Positions 30,410 to 40,753 of a stretch of DNA of 64,000 nucleotides are shown here, piece after piece (the stretch's first letter is position 1; every line of letters begins with the position of its first letter). The position numbers and the translations under genes are program-made. The stretch lies in assembly GCA_945860865.1 (NCBI GenBank), contig CAMARW010000003.1, forward strand, positions 59,177-123,176, read 5' to 3'. The notes under the pieces are model-generated. The model searched no databases, was not told the DNA's origin, and saw nothing but the letters and a program-made list of their open reading frames with translations. The DNA is from Chitinophaga pinensis (lineage in GTDB: Bacteria > Bacteroidota > Bacteroidia > UKL13-3).

Positions 30410-31699
30410 TTATAATTTTCTATCTATTTCAGATTCTAAAATGGCCACCAATTGTGGTATTTTAATTTTTTCTGCAATATCATCCGCAAAAGCATTGAGC
30501 AATAATCTTCTGGCTTCTTGCTCGCTAATTCCTCTGCTTCTTAGGTAAAACATGGGCTCTTCATCTAATTGTCCGATGGTAGCACCATGGGTACATTTTA
30601 CATCATCGGCAAAAATTTCTAATTGCGGTTTCGTGTTAATGGTAGCTGTATTGCTTAATAAAATATTCTGATTTCTTTGGTAGGCATTTGTTTTTTGAGC
30701 GTCTTCGTGCACTACAATTTTGCCATTAAATACCGCAACCGCATCATCTTTTAAAATACCTTTGTATTTTTCGTCGCTGAAACAATTGGGTTTAGCATGA
30801 TCAACCCTGCTGTGATTATCTACAAATTGATTGCCATCAGGAATATATAAACCATACAAAAGGCTATTGCAATTTTGGCCATTCATAAAAAAATGAAGGT
30901 TGTTTCTAACCCATTTTCCGTCTAAGGTTAAAGTAACTTGATTAATATTGGTATTGGCCAATTGGTGCAACTGGGTGTAGTTTGCATGGTAAGTTTCTCC
31001 CGCTGCTCTTTGTACTTTGTAATGCTCTAATTGACCATTTTCGCCAACAAAAATTTCGTTTACTACATTGGTAAAAGAAGCGTGCACGCCAACCGCCATA
31101 TAATTTTCTATAACGGTTGCACTTGCGTTCTTTTCTATAATAATTAAATTTCTAGGTTGTTGAAATACACTGTGCTCATTGGCATCAGTAATGTTTGTGA
31201 TCATTAACGGATGTTGCATAGCTGCACCTTCTGGCACAAAAACAAAAGCCCCATCACTCATTAAGGCAGTATTTAAGGCTAACAATCCCTCTTCAGAAAA
31301 ATTAATATATTTTCCAAAATGGGCTTCAAAAGTAGCAGGGTGCTCTTTTCTGGCCTGAGCCAAACTGCTCACAACAATGCGTTCATCTGTTTCTAACCAA
31401 ATAGAAAGTTCTGGGAACAGACAACCATTTACAAAAACCAATTTATTGGCTATGATTTTATTTAAAATGCCAGCTTTAATCAAGGCATCTGCATCTAAAT
31501 TGCTAACACAAGAAGTGGTAAAATTTCCTTGCTGAACCGAACGAAGATTGCTGTATTTCCATTCTTCTAGTTGGGTAGTAGGTACACCCAATTTTTCAAA
31601 GGTAGCGAAGGCATTCTTGCGTAAATCTGAAAAACTATCTTCAGTGGCTTGAGCAGCGTATAAATTAAAATCGTTTTTTATTTGTTCTAAGAAAGTCAT
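30410..31699 (-). CDS. sufD: Fe-S cluster assembly protein SufD
   Basis: EEWKYS, FNGKI, KPQLEIFADDVKCTHGATIG, FYLRSRGI. Confidence 0.95.
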   Translation of the reverse strand: MTFLEQIKNDFNLYAAQATEDSFSDLRKNAFATFEKLGVPTTQLEEWKYSNLRSVQQGNFTTSCVSNLDADALIKAGILNKIIANKLVFVNGCLFPELSIWLETDERIVVSSLAQARKEHPATFEAHFGKYINFSEEGLLALNTALMSDGAFVFVPEGAAMQHPLMITNITDANEHSVFQQPRNLIIIEKNASATVIENYMAVGVHASFTNVVNEIFVGENGQLEHYKVQRAAGETYHANYTQLHQLANTNINQVTLTLDGKWVRNNLHFFMNGQNCNSLLYGLYIPDGNQFVDNHSRVDHAKPNCFSDEKYKGILKDDAVAVFNGKIVVHEDAQKTNAYQRNQNILLSNTATINTKPQLEIFADDVKCTHGATIGQLDEEPMFYLRSRGISEQEARRLLLNAFADDIAEKIKIPQLVAILESEIDRKL

Positions 31700-31726
31700 G
31701 TAGGTGTGTGTTAAGAAAAATGTAAT

Positions 31727-32485
31727 TTAAACAGCAGCTTCAACTTCCTGTTTAATCCAATCGTATCCTTTTACCTCTAGTTCTTTGGCTAATGAGGCAT
31801 CACCACTTTTTACAATTCTTCCTTTGTATAATACATGCACAAAATCTGGAACTATATAGTCTAACAATCTTTGGTAATGAGTAATTACTAAGAAAGAGCG
31901 TTCGCTATTTCTTAATTTATTTACGCCAGCAGAAACCAGTCTAAGGGCATCAATATCTAAACCCGAATCGGTTTCATCCATAATACAAAACTTAGGTTCA
32001 AGCATGGCCATTTGAAAAACTTCGTTGCGTTTTTTCTCTCCTCCGCTAAATCCTTCGTTTAGTGAACGAGAAGTTAATGATTTATCCATCTCCATTTCTT
32101 CCATTTTGCTGCGCATAAATTTCAAGAAATCGGTTGCTTCCATTGGCTCCTGCCCATGGTATTTGCGTTTTTCGTTGATTGCTGTTTTTAGGAAGTTGGT
32201 GCTACTTACACCTGGAATTTCTACAGGGTATTGAAAGGCCAAAAACATGCCTTCTCTAGCTCTATCCTCTGGCGAAAGTTCAAGTAAATCTTTACCCATA
32301 AAATTTACTTCTCCTGCAGTTACTGTATAATCTGCTCTGCCTGCCAAAACAGACGAAAGGGTGCTTTTTCCAGCTCCGTTCGGACCCATAATGGCATGTA
32401 CTTCACCCGGTTTAATGTCTAAATTAATACCATTTAAAATGGATTTTCCCTCTATAGATGCGTGTAAATTTTTAATTGAAATCAT
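31727..32485 (-). CDS. sufC: Fe-S cluster assembly ATPase SufC
   Basis: [51 protein letters not shown]. Confidence 0.97.
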   Translation of the reverse strand: MISIKNLHASIEGKSILNGINLDIKPGEVHAIMGPNGAGKSTLSSVLAGRADYTVTAGEVNFMGKDLLELSPEDRAREGMFLAFQYPVEIPGVSSTNFLKTAINEKRKYHGQEPMEATDFLKFMRSKMEEMEMDKSLTSRSLNEGFSGGEKKRNEVFQMAMLEPKFCIMDETDSGLDIDALRLVSAGVNKLRNSERSFLVITHYQRLLDYIVPDFVHVLYKGRIVKSGDASLAKELEVKGYDWIKQEVEAAV

Positions 32486-32533
32486 GTTTTTATAAAAGTC
32501 TTGGTTTGTGAAAAAATAGGTTCAGACAGAAAA

Positions 32534-33982
32534 TTAGCCTACGCTGCCTTCCAAAGAAACAGCCAGTAATTTTTGGGCTTCAACAGCAAATTCCATTGGT
32601 AATTGGTTCAGTACTTCTTTGCAAAAACCATTTACAATAAGCGAAATGGCTTCTTCTAATCCAATGCCTCTTTGGGCGCAATAGAAAATTTGGTCTTCAC
32701 CAATTTTGCTGGTGCTAGCCTCGTGCTCCAGGGTTGCGGTATTGTTGTTTACCTCTATGTAAGGAAAAGTATGAGCGCCACATTTATCGCCAATAAGCAT
32801 ACTGTCGCACTGGGTGTAATTACGCGCTCCTTCTGCTTTTTTGTTGATTTTCACTAAGCCTCTATACGAGTTATGTGATTTACCTGCAGAGATGCCTTTT
32901 GAAACAATTCTACTTTTGGTGTTTTTGCCAATATGAATCATTTTGGTACCCGTATCGGCAATTTGTGCGTTATTGGTAACGGCTACCGAGAAAAATTCGC
33001 CTGTGCTATTATCACCTTTAAGAATACAACTTGGGTATTTCCAGGTAATGGCTGAACCTGTTTCTACTTGTGTCCAACTAATCTTGGCATTTGTTCCTTC
33101 GCAAATTCCTCTTTTAGTAACAAAATTATAGATACCACCTTTACCATCTTTATCTCCCGGGTACCAATTTTGAACGGTAGAATATTTTATTTCGGCATTG
33201 TTATGGGCTACCAATTCAACTACGGCGGCATGCAATTGGTGCTCATCTCTCATAGGAGCCGTGCAGCCTTCGAGGTAACTTACATAGCTATCATCATCTG
33301 CAATAATTAAGGTACGCTCAAACTGACCTGTATTTTCTGCATTTATCCTAAAGTAAGTAGATAATTCCATTGGGCAGCGAACGCCTTTTGGTATGTATAC
33401 AAATGAGCCATCAGAGAAAACAGCGCTGTTGAGAGCGGCGAAGTAATTATCTGTTGGTGGAACCACAGAACCAATGTATTTTTTTACTAACTCTGGATGC
33501 TCGTGCATGGCTTCAGATATTGAGCAAAAAATTACCCCTTTTTCTTTTAGCTGCTCTTTAAATGTAGTGGCAATGGAAACCGAATCAAAAACGGCATCTA
33601 CCGCAACACCCGTTAAACGCTTTTGTTCTTGCAAAGAAATGCCCAATTTCTCAAAAGTTTTGAGCAATTCGGGGTCAACTTGATCCAAACTATCCAGCTG
33701 AATTTTTTGTTTGGGGGCAGCGTAGAATATAATTTCTTGGTAATTAATCTTAGGATAAGGAAAATTTTGCCAGTTTGGCTCTTCCATAGTTAACCAGTTT
33801 TTATAGGCTTTTAAGCGCCAGGCCAACATCCATTCGGGTTCGTTTTTTTTGGCTGAGATAAAGCGAACAGTGTCTTCGCTTAAACCCATAGGGGCAGTTT
33901 CCATTTCAATATCGGTGGTAAAGCCGTATTTATATTCTTGTGTAACTACTTGATCTATAATGCCAACTTCGGGTTGCGACAT
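32534..33982 (-). CDS. sufB: Fe-S cluster assembly protein SufB
   Basis: [53 protein letters not shown]. Confidence 0.97.
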   Translation of the reverse strand: MSQPEVGIIDQVVTQEYKYGFTTDIEMETAPMGLSEDTVRFISAKKNEPEWMLAWRLKAYKNWLTMEEPNWQNFPYPKINYQEIIFYAAPKQKIQLDSLDQVDPELLKTFEKLGISLQEQKRLTGVAVDAVFDSVSIATTFKEQLKEKGVIFCSISEAMHEHPELVKKYIGSVVPPTDNYFAALNSAVFSDGSFVYIPKGVRCPMELSTYFRINAENTGQFERTLIIADDDSYVSYLEGCTAPMRDEHQLHAAVVELVAHNNAEIKYSTVQNWYPGDKDGKGGIYNFVTKRGICEGTNAKISWTQVETGSAITWKYPSCILKGDNSTGEFFSVAVTNNAQIADTGTKMIHIGKNTKSRIVSKGISAGKSHNSYRGLVKINKKAEGARNYTQCDSMLIGDKCGAHTFPYIEVNNNTATLEHEASTSKIGEDQIFYCAQRGIGLEEAISLIVNGFCKEVLNQLPMEFAVEAQKLLAVSLEGSVG

Positions 33983-34007
33983 ATGTTTTTATTCTTAATT
34001 AAGTGAG

Positions 34008-34015
34008 CAAATTTA
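34008..34015 (-). promoter_or_regulatory. Bacteroidota -7 element (TAAATTTG) of the suf operon
   Basis: TAnnTTTG on the minus strand 25 nt upstream of the sufB ATG. Confidence 0.6.
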
Positions 34016-34022
34016 AGGTTTT

Positions 34023-34052
34023 TTTAGATTTATCTATACTAAATCTAAATAA
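34023..34052. promoter_or_regulatory. Fur-like/iron-responsive palindromic operator upstream of sufB
   Basis: TTTAGATTTA-N7-TAAATCTAAA is a perfect 10-bp inverted repeat overlapping TTATCTATACTAAATCTAAATAA, just upstream of the -7 box. Confidence 0.65.
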
Positions 34053-34161
34053 TATACAAAGCAGTTGAAACTTTGTTTCATTCCTAAATACATTTGCTAC
34101 TACTTAGCTAAGCACCAGTATTTATGCTATTTTTTGATTTCTCTTCTCGTTTTTTAAAAAC

Positions 34162-34209
34162 AAAAAAAAGTCTGAATTACAGATTTTGATATTTCTGTAA
34201 TTCAGACTT
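34162..34209 (-). terminator. Intrinsic terminator of the T9SS LamG gene
   Basis: AAGTCTGAATTACAGA / TCTGTAATTCAGACTT 16-bp stem followed by a U-tract on the minus strand. Confidence 0.85.
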
Positions 34210-34233
34210 CTAAAAATCTAAAGTTAAATACTT

Positions 34234-37200
34234 TTAGTTTTTAACTTTTACGAGTTTATGCACTTCAGAAATGCCATTGGTAGTAATCTTCAAGAAATAG
34301 ATTCCTTCTGCTAATGTTTCTGCCTCTGCTAGGTTTATTTTTTGCATACCAGCTTCGGTATTTAATGTTTTGGTAAACATTATTTCGCCTTTCAAATTAG
34401 AAACTTGTACTTCCATGTTTAATTCGGTAGCTGCTGCAAAATTTATTTCTAGGTTATTCTTAAATGGATTAGGCATTACACTTTGAACGGTGATTGCTTT
34501 TTGCTCATCCAAATGGATAATTATAACAGGCGAATACTCATTGTTTCCGTCCAAATCTACTTGGTTCAGTCTGTAATAAAGTGCTTTTGCACCCAATTGA
34601 AGTGCATCCTTGTCTAAGTAATTGTAAAAATTACTTTTTACACTGTTTCCTGCTGCTTCTATTTTGCCTATACCACTAAAGTTTTTACCATCTACACTGC
34701 GCTCTAATTCAAAATATGCCGAATTAATTTCGCTTGCAGTTGCCCAATTTAATGCTACGCTGTTATCTTGTTTAACGCCTTTAAAGTAAGCATAAATTAC
34801 TGGTAATGGATTATTGGTTCCGGTGCTAGCTAGGCCATATTGCTTCACAAATGTGCCAGTGCTAGGTAACCAAAAGCGTAAGGTTTGACCCAAAATATTT
34901 ACAGAATCGGCAGGGTTTCTGGCTAAGTTCCATAAGCCAGATGCGCCATTATCTCTGTTGGCTAAATAGAAATCTGAATTACTTGCACCAGTTCCAATAT
35001 TGCCTGCTGGCAATTGGAAAGTGGCTAAACAACTATCGTATGTAGCATTTCCATAGCTGTATAAAATCCAATAGCGGTTATGCCCAGTTTTTGGTGAGCT
35101 TGTAATAACAGTGTCTGGTAAAAATCCTAGTGGCGTTTCTCTTATATAATGTGCTACCACATTAATGCTACCCGATAAATTTTGGAAATTCATATTGATA
35201 TTTTTACCTGCAAAACTTTGCACACCGCTGCTGGTAAATGTTACTTGCGTTCCATTCACAGTATCTAATGGCAATGAACTAATAAACCAAGCCACTGCTG
35301 GGTCAAAATTATTCATTTGGCCGCCATTACAATTACCCGATGCATCTGATAAAGGCACCGAGTTTGCACCTTCATCAAACCTAAGGTAACAAGTGATATT
35401 TGGGTTGCTTAAAGCTGGTAATTTTCTATGTAACCCTAAACGAATAGCGCTCTCTGTTCTGGCAATGTTCCAAAATACAAAATTTTCTATGCCTGCACTT
35501 AGGCTATTGCTAACACCTGCTTTTCTTCCTAAATAAGTTGGCCCCATCTTGGCATTTACACTTCCAGTAAGGGTGGTATCTATGCCCAATTCGCCATTTA
35601 CATATAGTTTTAGGTTGGTTCCATCATATGTTAGTGCCACATGAGACCATGAGTTTAGAATAGTATTAACTGAGCTACTTAAATTTAAAAATGCATTATT
35701 AGTTTTAATTGAAACCACTGGAGTTAAACCACTTAATGTTATAGTTAAAGAAGTGTCAGAATTTAATGAGTCTTTAGAATAGATAGTACCAACAGAAATT
35801 AGATTACTAGGCCTAACCCAAGTTTCTATAGTAAAATTATTGTTTGGTTGGGTATTGGCGCTGTGTGGTATAGAAATAAAATCATCAATCCCATCTAATT
35901 GTAATCTAAAACCGGCAGAGGTGCCTGGAGTTAAATTTTGCACAATGATAGATTTGGTGGCTGTATCATTGTTTTTATCACCATCACCACTCAATTCAGA
36001 CCAAATTTTAACAGTATAATTACCCGGTAAAGTAGGGGTAAAAGAATTTGTGAAAACCACATTTTCTGAAGTGCCTGGCAAAATAAATGACAATACAGAG
36101 CTATCATTATAAACCACTGCGTTGGCATCATTAAATATACGTGCTCTTACTTTAGTTGTAAATTGGGTATTAGAACCATAATTATAAAAGGTAGCAGCTG
36201 GAATTATACTTCCTTGGCCGATAGGAAATGAATTACATGGCGCACTAATTTCTGTAGCGCCCAAATCATTAGCCATTTGCAACCTTGGTTCAATCATAAA
36301 TCTAAAGTTAGAGTTAGTAGCTAAGAAGTCTGTCCAAACCGTACCTCCAGAAGGAGCTGTATAATAGAATGTTTGAGCTCTAATAGGCACCTCAGATTGA
36401 AATGAGAATGCAGCATTTACAGTACCAGTTTGTATTACGCCCACAAAGAAGGTTCCCGAAATTGGAATTGGAGGATTTACCGGAATGGTATTTAAACCCG
36501 CAAGGGTAAGAAAGTTGGTAGATGACCATAACAAAGCGCCTGGAGTTCCGGTGGCTGTTGTATCCCAAATACCTACTTTTAAACTGGTACCTCCTGTATT
36601 AAAGTTAACACCTATTTGATTAATACTATTAGAGCCCGTGTAAGGGAATTTGGCCACAAAATCTCCAGTTCCACCTGTAAAACCAACACCCCCGTTTGGT
36701 CCACGCAATGGATCGGCATAATTATAAGTATTAAGGTTTACAGCTTGGCCATAACGTTTTAAGTTGTTGCTATTGTTATTATCTGCAGTACAAAAAACTT
36801 TTACTGTATCAAAACCAATGGCGGTTGGGGTATAGGCAGGAAAATTAATGGTTCTACCTTGGTTGGGTAAAATGGTATCCAATTTAAGTGAATCTATTAA
36901 AGGATTTGTAGGCCCAACAGTTAAATAAAACCACTTATCATATAAAGTATCGGTTCCGCCATTTCTAACATTTGCTCTAACGGTATGCGGCGCCGCAAAA
37001 GGAATAGGCAATTTACCTAATGAATAAACTTCCAAAACCTGTGCATCAACTTGAGGTGTTTTAACCCCAATTACCAACTGCGCCCTGAAGCTACTTATGC
37101 CTGTTAAAGTGCCTAAGGTAGCTAAACTAGCACCTTGTATATTTCTTTGTCCACTTACAATAGCTGTATTACAATTGTAAACAATTGGATTCGTGCTTGG

Positions 37201-37692
37201 CGTTGAAGTAGTCCACTCATAAGCAACATATACGCCGCCACCAGTGTATACAAATGGTTTGCTTAAAGGTACAAAGAAGTTGGTAATTACATTGGGGATA
37301 GACATGGGGCCATTGTAATTGGTGTCCATGGCAGTTGGTGTAGTTAATAAAGTACCCCAAGTTGTACTACGAAGATATGCTGCATCTGCCGTGTTAACCA
37401 TATAAATTTTAATGGATCCAGCGATAGGCGCAGCATTGGCATTGGGATTATTAACTGAAAATCCCAACCTAAAGATACTGTCGCCAGCATTTAATAAGCC
37501 ACTAAATTCTGCAGCCGAATAAATGGCACAGCTTCGGTGTGCATTTACAGTATTTAATGGTCCACGACCAGCACCGGATGTGCCATTGGCAGCCACGGGA
37601 ACGGTTAAATAAGTAAAGCTTTGAGACTGCACCCAAGGAGATAGTAAGAGCAGTAACAGTGAGTAATAAAAACGTAAGTAAAGTTTTTTCAT
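34234..37692 (-). CDS. Large T9SS-secreted protein with CARDB/Ig-like and LamG domains
   Basis: Signal peptide; FTIETWVRP...WSHVALTYDG...LYVNG (LamG); PLPV...WATASEIN...FELERSVDG Ig domain; PNPF...GIYFLKI...KLVK type A CTD. Confidence 0.85.
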   Translation of the reverse strand: MKKLYLRFYYSLLLLLLSPWVQSQSFTYLTVPVAANGTSGAGRGPLNTVNAHRSCAIYSAAEFSGLLNAGDSIFRLGFSVNNPNANAAPIAGSIKIYMVNTADAAYLRSTTWGTLLTTPTAMDTNYNGPMSIPNVITNFFVPLSKPFVYTGGGVYVAYEWTTSTPSTNPIVYNCNTAIVSGQRNIQGASLATLGTLTGISSFRAQLVIGVKTPQVDAQVLEVYSLGKLPIPFAAPHTVRANVRNGGTDTLYDKWFYLTVGPTNPLIDSLKLDTILPNQGRTINFPAYTPTAIGFDTVKVFCTADNNNSNNLKRYGQAVNLNTYNYADPLRGPNGGVGFTGGTGDFVAKFPYTGSNSINQIGVNFNTGGTSLKVGIWDTTATGTPGALLWSSTNFLTLAGLNTIPVNPPIPISGTFFVGVIQTGTVNAAFSFQSEVPIRAQTFYYTAPSGGTVWTDFLATNSNFRFMIEPRLQMANDLGATEISAPCNSFPIGQGSIIPAATFYNYGSNTQFTTKVRARIFNDANAVVYNDSSVLSFILPGTSENVVFTNSFTPTLPGNYTVKIWSELSGDGDKNNDTATKSIIVQNLTPGTSAGFRLQLDGIDDFISIPHSANTQPNNNFTIETWVRPSNLISVGTIYSKDSLNSDTSLTITLSGLTPVVSIKTNNAFLNLSSSVNTILNSWSHVALTYDGTNLKLYVNGELGIDTTLTGSVNAKMGPTYLGRKAGVSNSLSAGIENFVFWNIARTESAIRLGLHRKLPALSNPNITCYLRFDEGANSVPLSDASGNCNGGQMNNFDPAVAWFISSLPLDTVNGTQVTFTSSGVQSFAGKNINMNFQNLSGSINVVAHYIRETPLGFLPDTVITSSPKTGHNRYWILYSYGNATYDSCLATFQLPAGNIGTGASNSDFYLANRDNGASGLWNLARNPADSVNILGQTLRFWLPSTGTFVKQYGLASTGTNNPLPVIYAYFKGVKQDNSVALNWATASEINSAYFELERSVDGKNFSGIGKIEAAGNSVKSNFYNYLDKDALQLGAKALYYRLNQVDLDGNNEYSPVIIIHLDEQKAITVQSVMPNPFKNNLEINFAAATELNMEVQVSNLKGEIMFTKTLNTEAGMQKINLAEAETLAEGIYFLKITTNGISEVHKLVKVKN

Positions 37693-37808
37693 ATTTTTTA
37701 ATTTGTTAGTACTAAATTATTTATAATTAATATCAAAAGCAAATTTGTTTTAATTTTTTTTATGATAATAGGTAAAATAGGCTTCTAGGTATGGCAAAAT
37801 TTATTGGT

Positions 37809-37816
37809 TACTTTTG
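37809..37816 (+). promoter_or_regulatory. Bacteroidota -7 element (TACTTTTG)
   Basis: TAnnTTTG match 17 nt before ATG 37834. Confidence 0.55.
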
Positions 37817-37833
37817 CCTAATAAAACGATTTT

Positions 37834-38613
37834 ATGCATTTACATTATAAAGAATATGGAAGTGGTAAGCCGCTCATTATTTTACATGGATTTATGGGCT
37901 CCTTGGATAATTGGCATACTTTGGCTACTCAATTTGGAAAAGATTACAAAGTATTTGCATTAGACCAACGCAACCATGGCAAATCTGCACATTCAGAAAA
38001 TCATACCATTGCCTTAATGGTGGCAGATGTAAAACTTTTTATGGAAACCCACCAACTTAATCAAGCTTGCATATTAGGGCATTCTATGGGTGGAAAAGTG
38101 GCTATGCAATTTGCGCTAGATTACCCCCAATTAGTAGATAAATTGATTGTGGTAGACATTGCTCCAAAGCAATATAAACGCGGACATGATGATGTTTTTA
38201 AGGCCATTTTTGCTGTAGAATTAGCGCAAATTGAAAGCAGGAAACAAGCAGAATTATTAATGGAAACCCATGTGCCCGATTTTGGGACCAGGCAATTTTT
38301 ATTAAAGAACTTAGATAGGAGAGAAGATGGTTCTTATGCCTGGAAAATGAATCTTCCAATTCTGCATGCCGATTACGAAGAAATTATCAAAGCAATTATT
38401 AGTAAGGGTAACTTTCCTCATCCCACCTTAGTTATAAAAGGTGGTAATAGCAGGTATATCTTGGATGATGATTTGTTAGATTTTAATCAGTTCTTTCCAG
38501 ATAATACCTTGGTAACCATTCCTAATGCCGGACATTGGGTGCATGCAGAAGCACCTCAATTATTTTACGAAACAGTTATTCATTTTTTGAACCAATCTAA
38601 GGAACAAAGTTAA
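37834..38613 (+). CDS. Alpha/beta hydrolase, YbfF-like esterase
   Basis: LHGFMGSLDNW, DQRNHG, GHSMGGK nucleophile elbow, AGHWVHAE. Confidence 0.92.
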   Translation: MHLHYKEYGSGKPLIILHGFMGSLDNWHTLATQFGKDYKVFALDQRNHGKSAHSENHTIALMVADVKLFMETHQLNQACILGHSMGGKVAMQFALDYPQLVDKLIVVDIAPKQYKRGHDDVFKAIFAVELAQIESRKQAELLMETHVPDFGTRQFLLKNLDRREDGSYAWKMNLPILHADYEEIIKAIISKGNFPHPTLVIKGGNSRYILDDDLLDFNQFFPDNTLVTIPNAGHWVHAEAPQLFYETVIHFLNQSKEQS

Positions 38614-39244
38614 ATTCTGTTTTCAGTTCGGCTAAGGTTTTTTCTAATACTTTTACTTGCATTTTTATATCCTCAAGCGGACGGTCTTTGCCATCTTTAC
38701 TTTGTGTAGAAATGGTATAAGCAATCTCTACACCCGATAATAATTTTCCAAAAACAGTATAGTTATTATCTAAATGTGGTGTGCCGTTTCTATTGGTAAC
38801 AATATAAAATTGCGAACCACTAGAAGCCTTTTCAGGGTTGTTGGTTCGGGCCGCGCCAATAGAGCCATAGGTATGTTTAATGTTGCTTTTTATTTCTGCA
38901 GGAATGGTATATCCTGGGCCACCTGTGCCATCATTGGTTGGGTCTGCATCCTTGCTGTTTGGATCACCCCCTTGGATCATAAAATCTTTAATAATTCTAT
39001 GAAAAGTTACATCGTTGTAGAACCCTTCTGCTGCTAATTTTAAAAAGTTGCTTCTATGTAAAGGCGTTTCTTTGTATAACCACATATACATGGTGCCAAA
39101 GCTAGTTTTTAGTTCAATTATTTTTTCGGTTTGAACCGAATCTTTTGGCATAGGGATTTCTGCTGTGGGTTTAACCTCTTCTTTTTTACACGCAAATGCA
39201 AATAGAATTAACCCGAAAAATAGAAAGCTTAATTTTTTCATCAT
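38597..39244 (-). CDS. Cyclophilin-type peptidyl-prolyl isomerase lipoprotein
   Basis: Lipobox AFAC; FHRIIKDFMIQGGDP, SSGSQFYI, HLDNNYTVFG. Confidence 0.92.
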   Translation of the reverse strand: MMKKLSFLFFGLILFAFACKKEEVKPTAEIPMPKDSVQTEKIIELKTSFGTMYMWLYKETPLHRSNFLKLAAEGFYNDVTFHRIIKDFMIQGGDPNSKDADPTNDGTGGPGYTIPAEIKSNIKHTYGSIGAARTNNPEKASSGSQFYIVTNRNGTPHLDNNYTVFGKLLSGVEIAYTISTQSKDGKDRPLEDIKMQVKVLEKTLAELKTEFNFVP

Positions 39245-39302
39245 ACACTTGTTTGTACGAATATATTTTTTCTAATGGTAAATGCAATCAATGAATTTTA
39301 AA

Positions 39303-40643
39303 TTATAAACTTATATATCCTTTTAAATTTAAGAAAAATATTGAAACTGTTATAAATGCATACAATAAATATTCTCCTAAAGAAGTATATTTTCTAATAT
39401 CAACTCCTTCCATTTTGCAGTAAATTACTAAAAGAATTTTTTCTACCATAAAAGAAATTACGGTGGCGTAGGCAATGCCCTCAATTCCCCAAATACCAAT
39501 AAACCAAAACGATAAAATAATATTTAAAATAAGGTAATTGGTGCTTACTAAATAAAATATTCTATTCTTCATTAAACCCATAATTACGGTTTGTGGGAAT
39601 AGCATTCTACTAACAATTAAAAGCAAGTAAATATTGAAAATTTTATAACCACCCAGTAAATCTTGGTTATAGGCTAAGGCAAAAAAATGTTTGCTAAACA
39701 AAATGAGTAAGATACTGATAGGAAAAAGCCACCGCATTAAGAGGGTAGAGCTAGCTTTAAGCCTGGCTAAACCATCTTCTAACATTCCGGCCTTATTAAA
39801 ATTAGCAATTTCGCCACTATAAATATTGCTTAATGAGTTGGCAAAAATTAAAAAGATGGGTAATTCTTTGGAACCATATCTAAAAATAGTAAATTGAACA
39901 GGGTCAAAATAATATTCTACAATATAACTATTGATATAATCCATACTTCCAGCTAAAAAAATAGAAAACATAAAAGGCAAAACCTTTTTCATGAACTCCA
40001 AAATGAGCTTTGTATGAAATGAAATAAGCGAATATTTCATCAATAAAATAATGGTATAATTAAATTTAATTAAACTTAAAATAACCAATAAATTAATGGC
40101 TAAATTAAGTGTTTGTTTCATGTATATTGGTAAACACAATAAAATAACATGCGCCACAAAGGTTACACAGCCCCATATAATTAAGGAGCGATATTTTTCT
40201 TTCAAAAAGAAAATATAATCGGCCATGTAGGTTGGCGTATTTAAGAAAATAACTAGTCCAAACATTAAAAACAAATCGGCATCTTTGGGGTATTTATATT
40301 GCCCAATTACGAATGCCAAAATGCCTGCTACCAAGCTAAAAATAGTTAAAACAGCAAAGGCATTAAATAAAACGCGTTTTTGTTTATCTGGCTCACTAGC
40401 ATGGTAAAAGGGAATTAAAGTATTGGTAATGCTCGAAACCCAAAACCATGTTAAACTAGAACTGAGTAACATAAGCATCTCGTATCTACCTAATATAAGG
40501 GTTCCAAATCCAGAGGTAAATTGGGCATAAGTTATTTTAGCCAGTAATATGGAAATAAGAAAGAATGTGCCAAACCTCAGAAATTGAAATATCTGTAAGC
40601 TGTTGTATTTGTTTAGTTCAATCTTTTTGAGTGATAAATTCAA
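39303..40643 (-). CDS. Polysaccharide flippase (Wzx/MOP superfamily)
   Basis: About 12 TM segments; FRYGSKELP, LNIILSFWFI...GIEGIAYATVIS. Confidence 0.75.
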   Translation of the reverse strand: MNLSLKKIELNKYNSLQIFQFLRFGTFFLISILLAKITYAQFTSGFGTLILGRYEMLMLLSSSLTWFWVSSITNTLIPFYHASEPDKQKRVLFNAFAVLTIFSLVAGILAFVIGQYKYPKDADLFLMFGLVIFLNTPTYMADYIFFLKEKYRSLIIWGCVTFVAHVILLCLPIYMKQTLNLAINLLVILSLIKFNYTIILLMKYSLISFHTKLILEFMKKVLPFMFSIFLAGSMDYINSYIVEYYFDPVQFTIFRYGSKELPIFLIFANSLSNIYSGEIANFNKAGMLEDGLARLKASSTLLMRWLFPISILLILFSKHFFALAYNQDLLGGYKIFNIYLLLIVSRMLFPQTVIMGLMKNRIFYLVSTNYLILNIILSFWFIGIWGIEGIAYATVISFMVEKILLVIYCKMEGVDIRKYTSLGEYLLYAFITVSIFFLNLKGYISL

Positions 40644-40753
40644 TGGTTTGGCTCAATTTGCTTCAAATATGCATTATTCTATTTAATTATTTGTTTATAA
40701 TCCTCTTTTGTAAAAACTTTTTAGTTCAACTTTTTCTCGTTAGTTTTGAAGCC

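Noticed and set aside
40631-40753. Hydrophobic N-terminal extension on cystathionine beta-synthase
   Set aside because: Overlaps the flippase start and promoter region; a -7 box at 40741 and the family N-terminus support ATG 40754.
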